DNA of 64,000 bases from Klebsormidium nitens (GCA_000708835.1 DF237293.1:34551-98550), one strand, 5' to 3'; shown: positions 25,801-39,500, numbered from the stretch's first letter. Notes: a model not told the origin generated them from the letters alone. Numbers and translations are program-made.

Positions 25801-28800
25801 AAGTTCAAAAGCTTTTGCCTCCCACGGTGTTCCAACAACGAAGAGCCACTCTGAACACGTCAACAAAAGTCCAAGCGTTTTGCGCTACTCAGGTCGTCGC
25901 CTCTGCCTGACCGTCAGCAAGATGCACGACGAAAACAGCAGATTGACGGACATCCTCGCTCTTTTGCAGGGCTTTAAGTCCCTGAACAAGCCGGCACGCA
26001 CTTTGATCCAGGCGATTGCTGCGATCGATGGGAGCTACTACCCAGAGGTACGTTTCGTAGCGAGTCTAGGGGTGCTTTTGCATGTTCTTCGACACTGCCC
26101 CTCCATCGTTTACCGGGCTGAACTCAGGTCAATATACAATCAGACGAATATGTTCCGAGCTCCCGAGCAGCCCTCACGCTTGTGTGAGCACCCGACTCCT
26201 CGGGTGGACTCTGAACGGAACTCTGAATCGTCAGCAATCAACTTTACACACCTCGAGTGGGCTGTTCTGAGCACTTCTTGATGAACGTGCATGAAGTCGA
26301 GTTGACGGACTGGTCGTCTTTTGAAACTGGAGTATCACGATGAGTCACCTTGGAGCGCTCAGAAATAAGGAGCAATGCAAGAATTTGGTGGAAGGAACGG
26401 CAGGCGGACCGCAGAAGATTGGGATGGCTGGGGGACAGGACAAAACCGCGTTGCTATCGGCAATTCTTTGACGTCAAAAGATGGACGCTTCTGATTCGTT
26501 GTTTCCAAGCGGTTTTGCAAAGTTTGACCCCAAACCCGGTCCGGTAACCTGTCCTCACGCTGTTGAACTCCTTGAGGCTAAATGTTGCAGACTGGGCTTG
26601 TTATGTTAGGATCGGACGGCTGCGACGCGATTTCGGCCATCTTGAGCTTCTGCGGTCCGCCTGGCGGTGTGAGTCTGAAGCCCGTTTACTTGCCTCCTTC
26701 TGCAGACCATGAAGCGAATGCTGATCATCAACGCCGGCCCGGCCCTGCGGAGCATCTGGTCCATTGTCAAGGGCTGGATCGACCCTGTCACCGTCAAGAA
26801 GATTACGGTGAGCGCCAGAAGGATCAATGTTTTGTCAGTCTTTCATTTGACGCTGCCTGATAGCAAGTTCGAGTTGGTAAGAGCGGAGAGACGAGGCAGA
26901 CGTCGGGATTTTAATGCATCAATTTTTGCTCGCTTTGTGAAGCGGTCCTGTGGGAACGAAGTCTGGTTGCAGAAGGAAGCCAGTGAGATTTTAGTGACTG
27001 CATCTGGATGAGAGATTTTGCAGTTGCCTGTCTGGCCGCTCGTTCTATCACGGAGTTATCTGGGTCCAGCTTCCGGACTCTGCCCACTTCAGCAACATTG
27101 GATATATCTTGCGCCAGGTGCTGTGGCCGAAGTAAGTGCAAACCCACCACGAAAGTCTGCATACCAACTTTTCGGCTGGGGCAAGAAAGCGGTCATTGGG
27201 CGCCCTCTTTAGTACGATAATTTAACACTTCTCTCTCGCGGCAGGTCCTGGGCACCAAGTACCACAAAGAGCTGTTCGAGTACATTGACCCGAGCCAGCT
27301 GCCCGACTTTCTGGGTGGCACGTGTCACTGCGAGGGCCGCGGAGGGTGCCTCTCCTCCGACAAAGGCCCGTGGACCGACCCCACCATTCTGCAACAGCTG
27401 GCGCTCCGGCAGGCGGCGCATGGGCGGCTGAGCAATGGTTATGGGCACCGTCTGTTGGGAAGTCAAGGGAGCGAAGGGTTCGGCCACTCCACTGACGAGG
27501 AAGGTGAGGGCGTTTGCTTTGGGTCGGCGGGATGTGGGGTTCTGAGGCGCAACTTACCTCTTGCCCTACTCGAGCGAATTCGAACACACCCCAGCTTCGT
27601 CAAGAGGCTCAAGAGGCAGCAATCACTGACGATCAGACTGAATTTGTTTCCTACACTAGCAGCTTCTAACTATGAACAGCCGTAGCTCAGTGGTTAGAGT
27701 GTTAGGTACGATTCTCCCTGGCCTGCACCCCAAACAGAGTGACCACGTGACATTCCGCTTCATTGAATTGAGAGATCTGCTACACATCTGCGGTGTTGTT
27801 GGTTGTCACCATGGATTCTGCGTTTGCGAACAGCAAATAAGCAATGCGTAATTTGAAAGGACTGGTCCGCTGCCGACAGCTGTGGGCCAATCTGTTGCGA
27901 ATACTCTTTTGCTTTGGCCTCACCTTTGCCACAGACCGTCCTTCAAGCAATCGAAACCCCAGGTATGGAACACGTCATATTTCAAAATTATCAGGTCTGC
28001 TTCATGTAGGACCCAAAGTGTATACCCCCGCCCAGAAGAAACATTCTCCCATGAGATTCAACATCTCACAGGCATGTCAGATTCACAAAGAAGCTGATCC
28101 GGCGCCTTCGTTGTTTCTTGCAGAGACGGAGGACGAGCGGTCGCCGCAGTTTTCGAAAGATCCGTCCTTCTTCCGGCAGCTGTCAGGCATGAGCCGGAAT
28201 GACTCCAACATTCCGGAGAGTGGCGATGAGGCGCAGAGCGAGCTGCCGGCGGGGCGCCAGCTGGCGACCATCAAGAGCGCCAACGCGAACTCGGGCGAGA
28301 GCACTCCGGGTGAGCGGCGTTTCCAAACTCTTTTTTGCTGATCAGAGTTTTGTTCACTGGTCTTTTTAACGGTATTGGAAGAACGATCGTAGGGAGGCCG
28401 CCCCGGCTTTTGACCAAGGAACCTTTGCAAAGGTTTGGGATGCAAATTTACGCTTGCAAAGGTCCGAGAAAAGAGCACACACCAGGGCCTCAAGTCAGTG
28501 ACCAGTTCTGCTTGAACTTACGCTGTGGACGTCAGACGATTGGCAGCCAGTCTCGCATCTCTATGCGCAGCCATCCCAGGGCAGTTGCAAGTGCTAAGTC
28601 AATGCAGATGGCACTCACTGCTCAAGCGAGCAACAATACACGTGCCTACCTCTCACCGCGCTCCCGTCGGTATTGGTGCAGGCGCCAGCCCCTCTGGGTC
28701 CCTGATTGAGGCGGTCGCCGCCCAAGAGTATCAAAAAATGGTCCGTCCGTCAAACCTCAAACCCGTGAGCCCAAAGCCAGCCCCCCTGGAACTGCCCGAC

Positions 28801-30556
28801 GACCGCCCAGAGCCCACCGGCGGCATCGGACACACAATCGTTGACGACCGGGGCGAGAACCTTAGAGATTCCGAGATCCCGGGCCCGTCGGACAGCGGCA
28901 CCGTGAAGCTCAAGGCTTCCCCGTGGACCGTGCGGAGGTCGCTGTCGGCGGGACGGGGGGCAACGAAGGCGCGTCGATTGTCGGAGCAGTGGACGGCAGA
29001 CGCGCCGAAAGAGAAGCTGGTCACCAAGGAGGAGGAGCCCATGGCGGGTGGGGAGACGAAGCCGGGTTATGCTAACCCCGTGTGGAGGGTCTTCCTAACC
29101 CAACTCCTCCCCGCCCTGGCGTCTCTCTGGTCGTTCTGCTTGCGACACGTGGCCGGGGTGGGAGAAGGCAGTAAAAAGCAGATGCAGGAAAGGGGGGGTG
29201 GTGTTAGGGCGACGGAGAATGGAGAGGTGGACGAGAGGAGAGCGCGGGCTGCTGAAAGCAGGCGTGCAGAGGTAAGGGTTGACACCGTTCACGACGATTC
29301 AGCGATGTTAGTGTTGGGGGCACGATGGGGTGGCGGTTTGCCGACAAGTTCTGACGATGTCAGAACATTCAAACAGAACTTTGATGGAGGAAGACAAACG
29401 GGAGCAAGAGCAAACAGCCAGGTCAACATTTGTGCTGGTGCAAATCTACTTGGATGACCTTGGAGCTCGTACGAATATATTCACATGACCATTTTGTTGA
29501 TGTTGGGAGCATGCCGGTGCCTCCGCTGTTTTTCGCTGCCCTCCTGATTATATGGCTTGCGTGCTTGATTCCTTTTTTGACAGAAGGATCGTTTTGACGC
29601 CATCTTTTTCAGCACGTTGCGCCCTTTATAATCCGCCCGTTTTCCCAGCCATCTACGGCTTGTGGTAATCTCTTCGGCTTCGCATTTGGTCTGACTGACC
29701 CTAACGCCAGCGTTCCGTTGTTCCGCTCAGGCGAGCGACTCCGCCCTGGCGGAGCGGATAGAGTCCCTGGAGGCCCAGGTACGGACCCTGGCCGTGTCCC
29801 TGACGCGCCCCAACAGCCCCGAGCGCCCGCCGTCGCTGACGGGGGACGGGGAGACGCACAAGAAAGTGGAGACACTGGAACTCGAGCTAGAGACCACGAA
29901 AAAGGTGGGAATGCGCTCTCGTTCGAGCTCCACTGGGCGTGCTATTTACGTGTCTTCTTGGTTTGCGCTAAACGTACTGTACAGGTTTACGCCCACAATT
30001 GCCTGCTCCGGTAAGCCTATGGCCGCACCTGCTCTCAAAACTTCACACAGATTGTGATGTCATTGGACCGTTCTTAACAGACGCCAGGAATACTGTCGCA
30101 GTAAGAACCATGCCCACAGAATCACTGGCTAAATCTGAGCTCGGGATTCTAGTGGACGATGCACACACGGGCGCTCCAGCTTTTGGAGCAAGATGGCCGT
30201 AGTTCGAATCATTTCCCCGCATGTCAGGAAGCATCACTCTTTGAGGTCCAGGAATCGTAGCGTGAACGGAGGTCATTTGGTCGAAAACATCCCATGAAAC
30301 GGCATGGCAAGCCGCACCCGCGCCGCTATGCTGACCCATGTTGATCTCTGGCGCTGCGCAGGAGGTCCGGCGATTATTGAGCAAGCAGAACGAGCTCGAG
30401 AGCTTGATCAAAGAGCTGCCGGCGAACGTGAGTGTTTCTTGTTTCTTCTTTTTGAGTCTTCTTCTTCTTGCCGAACGCCGCTCCGTTTTCTTGGTCAGGT
30501 TGACGCTGGTCCGTTTTCTTGTTCAGGTTGACGCCGGTCCTTTTTTTCCACTTTAG
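22834..30556 (+). CDS. SEC14: SEC14/SFH-type phosphatidylinositol transfer protein (CRAL-TRIO domain, long linker, C-terminal coiled coil)
   Basis: Phase-consistent exons 22834-23139, 24014-24090, 24470-24569, 25050-25169, 25552-25698, 25970-26047, 26706-26807, 27245-27503, 28124-28309, 28682-29271, 29731-29904, 30362-30427, then 30499-30531 or 30527-30556. Motifs [58 protein letters not shown]. Confidence 0.93.
27678..27730 (+). other. tRNA-derived fragment (SINE-head-like) in a SEC14 intron
   Basis: AGCCGTAGCTCAGTGGTTAGAG is A-box/D-arm-like and is followed directly by the B-box-like GGTACGATTC; no anticodon arm is present. Confidence 0.35.
30482..30537 (+). repeat. 28-bp tandem duplication containing a 3' splice site
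   Basis: TCCGTTTTCTTGGTCAG|GTTGACGCTGG followed by TCCGTTTTCTTGTTCAG|GTTGACGCCGG. Confidence 0.9.
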
Positions 30557-31997
30557 GGGAGTCGTGCTTTTGCAGGTTGTTCGACAAGTTCAAGTTCAGT
30601 CCTTTTGTCTGCTTCTAGCTTATCTTTTGTGCGAACAACTGTTGCATTGCGCGCTGCCGTGATTTGCAATGTCAGGTCGAGGAGCGCAGAGCTACTGTTA
30701 TCCAAGTTAGAGCATTGTGTGCAATACATGACGGTGTATCCTGATGGACAATCTTTTTCTGCGTTATGCAGCGCAAGTTCGCGTGCTTCTGACCACGTCG
30801 CTAGTCCCGCTGGCGGCACACTATGCCACGGGACACACAAAGTCGTCAAAGGTGGGGTAAGGTCGAGCCGAGTCCCTGCAGTCAGGTGTCGTCTGGGAAG
30901 CAGTTAATGTCGGGAGTGAGGGTCCGTCCTGTAAATACGCCCTGGAGGCGATAGGAAAAATTGCGAAGGCTATAAAAATCGTTCACAAACACCTAAGTCT
31001 GCGGCGGTAGAGTCGAGCGACAGGAGCATAGTTTTTGAGTCGAGAATGACGTGTACCATAGCGCATGCCTAACACTGATAAATGCGTGCGATGGCAAGGT
31101 CGAGTCTGTACCAAACCGACAATTACGAACCGGCTGGCACTCCATTTTTCTCAGAGCTATTCCTTACTTACTGGCACTTGAGCCTGCAGGACGTTCTTGT
31201 GCATGCAGCCAGAAATGCGTCTGCTGGAATGCACTAGCTAGGTCTTGATCAGCAGATGGAATGTACGCTTGTGATTAAATGTTCTAGATTTGAATGGCAT
31301 GTCATGCCATGGAGCTAGTAGATAGATGTTGTGCAAAGACGGAAATGTCGCAGTTTAAGAACGAGTTGGGAACAGGTCGAGGCTAGAATTAGATTCAAAT
31401 GATGTACGGTCACGCAGGGGCGCATATGTATAGCTAGAGCTATGTGCACTCCAAATGAGATGTTCGACGAAACTGGGGCCCGGCGCCCCCAATGCATATA
31501 GCTGATGCGGGCAGCACAGCTAGCTTGACATGATCGCAGCAACGTCCGGCTGGCTATAAAATGAATGCAATGATCATGTCCAATCACATCATGCGCCACC
31601 ATGAAGTGACCAGCTAGTGCATACTGCCGGCCGGTATCAGCATGCAAGATGCATATTCTGATGTCTGCTAGGTTATGCATGATCGAACCAGCTGGCGGAA
31701 CTTCGTCGGTCGCAAGCATGCCTTGAGATGATGCCTCCATGGTATCAACGTGAAACCGCTGGTCTCTGAGTCCTAGGCATTCTTGGAGAACCTTGAGAAG
31801 TCACCTATCATGTTGCTAATTGATGCATGTGACCAGAGGTTCGTGCAAGCAGAAGGACGACCCTGGCTGGCTCAAATGATGACCCTTATGACTCCCCGAA
31901 CAACTGTATTCCCATGCACTGCTCCCAAACAAAAGTCTCGTCAAAATCGTGCGGAATCCGCAAAAAGCTCGTGGTGCCTTGGTGGATTGTACCACAT

Positions 31998-33019
31998 TCA
32001 ACCTGTGCGCTGAATGATGTGCACCCCGCTATCCGTATCAACAATATTGCTGATTTCGCCAACTTGCAAAGCGTATGTTGCGTCCTCAAAGGGCTTCTGC
32101 ATTTGGCCCCGCTCAAACCAGCCTGCACGAGAATTTCAGATTCTGGGACTTTCATGAACAGCAGATTCCATTGTGATGGTCGCTGCGTGTTGTTTAGTTC
32201 TTAAACCTGATAGCAACAAGGAGCTAAGTCTAAGGACACACAATGCTTCCAAAGCATCTTTCCCTCCGCAAAGTAACCGTACAAGCTAGTCCTCGACTAG
32301 TATCATTGTGAATTCAAGCTGCCTGCCTTTTGAGCGAGAAAAAGACCTGCCATCGAGCTTCCCCGTTCACAATTACAATCAGTTGTGGTTGTTGGAAGAG
32401 GTACACAAGACTAGGAGGAAAGTTGGAGAAGGGTGAGGAAGCTAGGAAACGAAAGACTGCCTGCAATCAGAGCAGCTCTGAGGGGGCTTTGCCTTTCGAC
32501 TGAAGATTTTGCCACCACATAAGATTCTCAGCTCCTTAAGTCCCTCTAGTCACAGGTTTTCTTGATCAACGCAAGGACAACAAAATGCGCGAGCAACTCA
32601 AATGAAGAGTGCCAGCGCTTTTCTGAAGCAGATTCATGTTCGAAGTGAATGATCGCGCGCTCTTACCCATGTCTCCTCCCCTCTTGGCTGAGCTGCAGTG
32701 CGACTCGCGCTCCGCTAGCTGTCCAAAGTCCGCTCTCCCCTCCACGATAGCCTTCCGATACTCCGTCAGTTGCGCGATTGCGTCCTCCTTTGTTGTCTGC
32801 CTGATGTTCACACCTGGATGCAATCGGCCATCGATGTTAAGAGTAGCAAACCATTCCAGGCCAACCGCAAGACATTCGACGGAGAGGCCATGGCAGCGTT
32901 TCGAAAGAGGTGCATTGGGGCGGGTGGCGTGACTCACCGTCCGGGTCCTTCCAGGAGGCAGGCCGCCTCGAGCCCTGGTGCTTGATCAGCAGATGGCTGG
33001 CGCGCACTTTGTCCGCCAT
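31998..33019 (-). CDS. PIN1: Plant-type Pin1 parvulin peptidyl-prolyl isomerase (no WW domain), ~117 aa
   Basis: Exons 33019-32938, 32813-32667, 32122-31998: [20 protein letters not shown]...[53 protein letters not shown]. Confidence 0.96.
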
Positions 33020-33512
33020 CACTTAACCCCGTTCAGCCAGCTATATGCGTGCGCTCTTTGAGCTGCAAAATGGACTTTTCGCGCGTTGTGTGCAAGCTGC
33101 CTCCTGTCTTTTCCCCTGCTTTGATTGATTCTGAGCTTGCTGATCAGCAATCCTGCTCTGAAGACTGAACAGTGAACCTTCGATGAAACGGGTGCAATTC
33201 ATTGTCAATTGATTCCGAAAAAGGTATTTCACGGCGACTGCAGACAGACAACGGCATCCCCCGGGCATGCCGTCCAATCGGCTTCCAGGCCCCAGAGCCT
33301 GGGGCAAAATCGATAGCGGCCGGGCACAGTTTCTCCGTGCCGGTTTTCGGAATCCCGGATGCGCGCGTCGCTCTTCTCCTTGGGACGCTTTTCACATACC
33401 TGATTTTATTTTCAGCCCCTCCCCTCATTTCAGGAGTACGCAGGCGTCTTGCACTGCAGGGCGATAGCAGCAGTAGCGATCAGAGAGCTGCGTTGCAGGG
33501 AAAGCGCCATCA

Positions 33513-36500
33513 ATGGCGATCAGCAGCCCCCGAGCAAGGCTATCCCAACGCCGGTTGCCCACACAGGGTTGCAGTCAGGGGCAACCAGCTGTAGACTCTG
33601 CATTCACCAGACTCCTCCTTCTTTGTGCATTTTCCCCCAGCATTGCAATCCGTTGCAAACCACTTTCGAATGCGAACTTGCGTCATCCTACAGCTGCCAA
33701 GTCGTCAAGACAAGCCGACGTTGTTCAATCTGGGAACACCGCTTATGCCAGGGGCCGAGACTGTAGCTCTGTTTCGAGATTCCTATTGCCCAAATGTAGG
33801 ACGGGGCAACATAGATTGCTGCCAAACTCCAGCTTCAAAAACAGGGGCAGCGGCGGATCTAGAGGACCATGCGCCGCCACCGCCGACGTCAGTGCTGACG
33901 TCAGCACAGCCACTGAGCTGCCGCCGTTCCTGCCAAAGGAGGCGGAGCTTCTCGAGGACCCGGACGCGAAAAAGTTGGCGAGGCGAATAAGGAGGCTGCC
34001 AGTCATGGTGAGACTGCGAACGCTCTTATTATAATGCTGATGGTGGCAAGCCCTTAGGAAAGAATTAATGGATTGTCTGAGAAAGACTGCGGTTTGGGGT
34101 GTGGCCTCAGCTGCTTGGACTGTACTGCTTTCGATGAAAGTGGGCAATGCTCTGACATCTGTGGTTTCACTGTGAGGCTGCCGAGCTTGAGGATGCATCT
34201 CAACCGGACTTATAACCAATTTCTATATGATCCTCATTCCAGTGCTCCAGTGCAATAATAATGTCAACAGAGTATTATCCACAACGCACTTTCTCTCCCT
34301 TGAAAATTCCTTGGGGGCAAAGTACACTGTGCAGCCTGCTTTCACAAATCTCGCCATGATGTTGCGATGGTCGTTTCAAATCCAGAGGCGCCACTTGCAA
34401 GACCAAATTTTTCGACATCAGTAGGAGTCGGTTGTAAGCACCACAGCCCTGATATCTACCAGCCTTCTGCTTTCAATGTCTTCTGCTCTCGTGATGCTGA
34501 TTGAAATCGTGGGATCTGTGGGTTTCCTGGAATTTGTGTGGGATTGTGACATTCGTCAAACTTTGTGGCGATTGTGGGGGTTTGTAGCAATTGCCGGGTT
34601 TGCGGCGGTTACTGGAATGTCTGAGCTTCTGGGTTGCCCCTCACCACTTGGAGACTCAAGAATCTGAACAGTGAAGCCTCCCCTTACGTGCTTACGTACA
34701 TGAAAGCGGAATTCCACTCAAAACATGTGAGAACTTTCCACAGGCGTCCTTGAAGGGCAGAGCCCGTCGACTCCAGCTTCGAGAAGATTTCGGAGTCTCG
34801 GACAGAGGAGACCCCTCACATGTGCTGATATGATCGAAGACTTAAGCAAAAGTTGCGACCACGCTCAGAAGATCTGCCAACGTTTCTTCTTGTTTGCAGA
34901 CGTCCCTGGCGGCAGAGCCCATCGACTCCAGTTTCGTCGGCCCCGATTGGGCCGGACGATCCGACGGTCCCAAGGTTGGCTCGAGCGACCCGCCCGTTGT
35001 TCTCCTTGCGGGATTTGACAGGTGAAGCACCCCCCTTATGACGATTACCAACAATGAAAGTCAAGGTAGCCAGAAGAAATGAGTGCGTTATGATTATATT
35101 ACTCAAAGAACGGAATGGGCAATCTGAAGCCTGGCCTACGTCCTGTGGCTTCGCAGGTTCCAGCAAGAATGTTGGATCATAAGCTTTAGAAGTGTATTCC
35201 GGAAGCTGAGTGGGACCCCTTTTGGTGACCACATTCGCTCAGCTTAGCTCTCTGCCCTCATTGGTGATTACCTTCCGAAACAGAAGTCTACTTTCCCTTT
35301 TAGAAAAGCGTCAAGTGACTTCTGAGTCCTGAAGTAGAGTCTCTTTGGCCGGGTTATATCGCACCTTAAAAAACATGCCTCAGCGGCGAATCTGTCCTTT
35401 ATTGAGGTATTTGGTTGCCGAGGGGTTTTGGATTACAGGACGCCATCTTTAGAATTACGTATCCTTTCGTAACAGTTCACACTTTTGGGTTTTGGCGGAA
35501 CACATGCGAACTCCTGAGCCTGCGAGCTTTTTCAACCCATTTATGCCAATCGGTTTCTTGCACAACCGACAGGATCTCCCCAGAACTGGCTGAACAACTT
35601 TCTATGCTTTTCTTCGTCTGTAAGATGTGTCCTGACCTTCATCACAGTTGAAGACACCTAAATTCGCAAGACAACCCCACAATGACGCATTCGTCCGAAG
35701 TTATAGTTCTTGCGTTCAGAATCCTCCTCCATTGGTCTCCCGTTTTGGATGAGCACTCCCCTCTTGGTGAGCTCGGCTCTCCTTGACCTGTCGACTCTTC
35801 GACCTTCCAATCTGTTTCCTGCCTTTCTGTAATCTACATTCTAGCGCCCTCAACCTCCAGCACAGAAGGTTTCGAGAAAGTCACAATGGCAATCTTTCAA
35901 CCAAGTCTATTGGGCCTGAACATACCTGAATCCACTCGCAGCTCGTGCTTGGAGTATCGGCGGCTTCTCCCTCAGCTCGAGCGCGGCGGAAGCGAGGTGT
36001 GGGCGGTCGACCTGATCGGGTGGGGCTTCTCCAGCGCAACGGAAGGGAAAGGTGCGGCTCAGGCGAGCGCCACGTGTCCCTCAAGATGCGTCGTGACGTC
36101 ACACCAGAACTACCTGTTGCATAATGATCGCGTCAGCCAACGCCGCCGACGAGGTGTTGGAAAGCGCTGACGTTTTGGCGTGTCGACTTTCTGTTGTTGT
36201 CCGTTCAAGCCCCTGCATCGACTTTCGACTAGGAGACGCTGTCGTATCGAAAAACTACATGTCGCATGGACGGTTCAACTTTTCGGCCACGCGCGCAGGC
36301 CCTGCGGTGTCGTCTTTCGGCCCAGCGGCCAAGCGCGAGCACCTCTATAGCTTCTGGAAGACGTATATGAAACGGCCCATGGTGCTGGTGAGTTTTTACC
36401 TTTCCCCGTTTGTAAACTCTGCTGTCCGACCCAATCAAAGTTGCGAATCGCAGAACGATGTCACCAGCATATCCGAGGCAGCTTCTCAACAGTCGGCCAC

Positions 36501-39500
36501 CGGTCAGAGTTTGGTTTACGTTGGGAACGGAACCAACGAAAGCCATTCAATACGAAAGGCTTCGCCAGTTTTGCATTTCAAGGGCACTGCTGTAGATAGC
36601 GCGTTGAAAGCTCGACCCTGACTCGAGTCCCCCCGTTGGTACTTCCAAGATGCCCTGTGTTTGTTTCGAGATGGACGCGGATCGTATGTGGAAGATTGGG
36701 ATCGGGCGCAAGTTCTGATTCCTTAACCGTCTCAGGTAGAAGGACTAGCAGCCCAAATCGGAAAGGGCAGTGAGAAAAGATGTTCCATGTTTCTTCAACT
36801 CATTTTTGAGTCGTTAATGCGGGAACAGACAGAGAAGAGTAGCGGAGAAGGGATGTGAACCCCTGCATGCGGATTATTGATTCTGCGGTTCTTCCCGTGA
36901 AAGGCCGGACTTGATCCAGAACAGCAGATGTTATAATTGCCGGCTTAAACAGCACTTTGAGATCGTCCAGAACCCATCAAACGTCCTTTGTAAGGATTCA
37001 CGCATACGGATGCTTGTCTGCATTCAGGTGGGGTCCAGCCTGGGGGGAGCGGTGGCCGTCGATTTGGCCTTGGAGCATCCCGATGCGGTGAGTTGGTCAA
37101 CCTCTTGCGATGTCAAAAGTATCGCACACCATTTCAGCAGCACTAGATGTCCCGGCGTGCGTTTCAGAGTTTTGCGTCTCCAGCGGGCTTTTGAAAGTGG
37201 AAAAGAAACTCGTATTCTGAAAAAAACTTACTTGGCGAATGAGAAGTCTCGATGTGATGGTAACTGAGTGCCAAACAATCCGCCGCCATAGAGGCGGAGC
37301 AGTTTCCAGTCCAGTCTCCCGATTTGAAGCATGAGTTGTCCTTCTCCGGTCCGTACGACTGACCCCCTTTGCACTTCAATTGTGTTCCGGCTCTTCGCTT
37401 CCGCCACGAGTGCTTCAAGATTTGTACGAGCCGCCATGCAGCGTACTATGACGTCCGCCCGCTCAGAACTCCATCGTCTTCAACGTTCCTGCTGACGTGT
37501 GACTGACGCGTCGTTTGATGCGTTTGCAGGTGGACCGCCTGGTGTTGTTAGACGCACAAGTAAGCTCGCCGCTCGTGCTTTGCGGTTTTTAAGGAGCACG
37601 ATTGTCTATCGTCCTTCGATTTCTTCTTGTCTCGGCCACGTTGTATCCCGCTTGTCAAAAGCGAGAATGACCGGTCTGCCAGAAGCAAGTAAGCAACTTT
37701 CGTGGTCACTTCTTCGCAGACGCTAATACTAACGTTTGAGAGCACCCTCTTGAAAGGCAAGGGTTGTCTGGGACTCTAGCTGGCTCCAGTCTTTGTTCAC
37801 GGCTTTATCGTACATTTGTCTTGTGTGGAGACAGACAATCAAGAAAACGATCCGAGGGGGCCGCCTTTAGAGCTCGAACCAGCAGCAAAGTTTCCAGCTT
37901 TCCTACGATTTACCACTTCCCTATTTACTTTCGCCCGCATTGATCTGTTCATAGCGTCGAGCACTTGTGTGCGTTCTGGCACCTCTTCCAAGCAGCTCTT
38001 GTGACAACGAAACGGGACCCTTGCAGTCCATCTGAATTAGCACTCACAGGAACCCCGTCAAGCGATCTATGAAATGAAACCCTAGAACTTCAATAGAGGT
38101 ACCAGGACACGCTCTTTCTCGGACTTACCTCTGGGCTTTTGGTGCGCAGGTGTTCATCGACGGGGTTGGAAATAGGGCCAATCTGCCGCGATGGCTAGCA
38201 AATGCGGGGGTGAGGCTTGGACACATTCTTGCGAACCCTGTGTCTCCTCTTTCGTATCCCTCCTGCGGTTCCTTCCTAGTTTGATACCGCCCTTCTGCTT
38301 GCGGGGTCTTTGCCGCTTACGTCAACGGCTCTTTTACAACATCCGGTAGCGATACACGAAAGTCATTTGTGCTCACTGGAATGATCCACTTTTGAAAATC
38401 GCATGAAGCGGCGGCGTTTTGCTGAACCGGTTTCACGTCGTTGCGGGAGCATATGCTCCTGTCAGGCCTGCGAACTCTGATTCCTTTCCTTTAGAACTCT
38501 CTCGGGGCATTCTGATTAAGAGAAAGGCCCACAGTCGCGTCAAGTGCACGCTACGACGAACCTGCTAAAGTGGCCTGGAATACCCTTGGCAGCAGGACTT
38601 ATCCCATCGCCTCTCATCTTGAACGTGTTAGAATATCAGAACTACGGAAGCGCACATCTTTACTTGTACGTGAGTGTTAAGGACCGGAACGTTCTCTCTT
38701 CCGTCATCAGACTGTTCACTTTGGTAGTCTCAAAGGGTCGGACAAGATCAGAGAGCACGAGCATCGCCAACGTTGCCCGGCTGACCTTCCGCTTCGAGCA
38801 GCCCTCTTCCGGAGAAAAGGCTACCACTCTCGTTTCGCTGTTTTTGGAGTGTGAAGAGCGATCCCTTTTCCAGGTGCTTTCTTTTCCAGTCGCTCAAATC
38901 CCTGGACTTTCAATCTTTTTCCAGGTACAGTTCCTGCGAAGTTGGCCGTTACGTGCTTACGCCGGAGGTTTAGCCTTTTACAATCGAGCGGAAGCGACTA
39001 AGGGAGCCACCCAGGTACAGTTTCTAGACTTCGGGCTGCGGCTTCTCGTTTGACAAGGCCGTGCAACAGCGTTGGGAACTTTGATTTGATGAGCCCATGC
39101 TGAATGCTTAAGAGCTTCAAATAAGCTTTCTAGACGGGGTTTTGTTGAAGACTTACGGGCTCTTGTTTTGATGAAGCCATGCAGTTTCGGGTGTTAAACG
39201 TCAGCTCTGAACACGTCATCTGGAGAGGTTGGAAAACCGCCAGAAGTTTCGCACTAATCAGATTCTGTGCTCTTTCACAAGGGCCTTGCCTGAGCTGTAC
39301 GCTCTAGGCAAGGTTACCGGAAAGTGAGCTCTCAAGAGATGGGTTGAAAACGGATGGGATCTGGAATTTCCGTGTCCCGGTCGCCCTTGTTGAGTCGCTT
39401 CACAAAATGTACCTAGTCCCCTTCCCGTGCGCATGCAATGCACAGGCCAGGCAGTTGCAAATAGATCTTGTAGAAACAGTTGGGCCGGAGCACAAACTGG

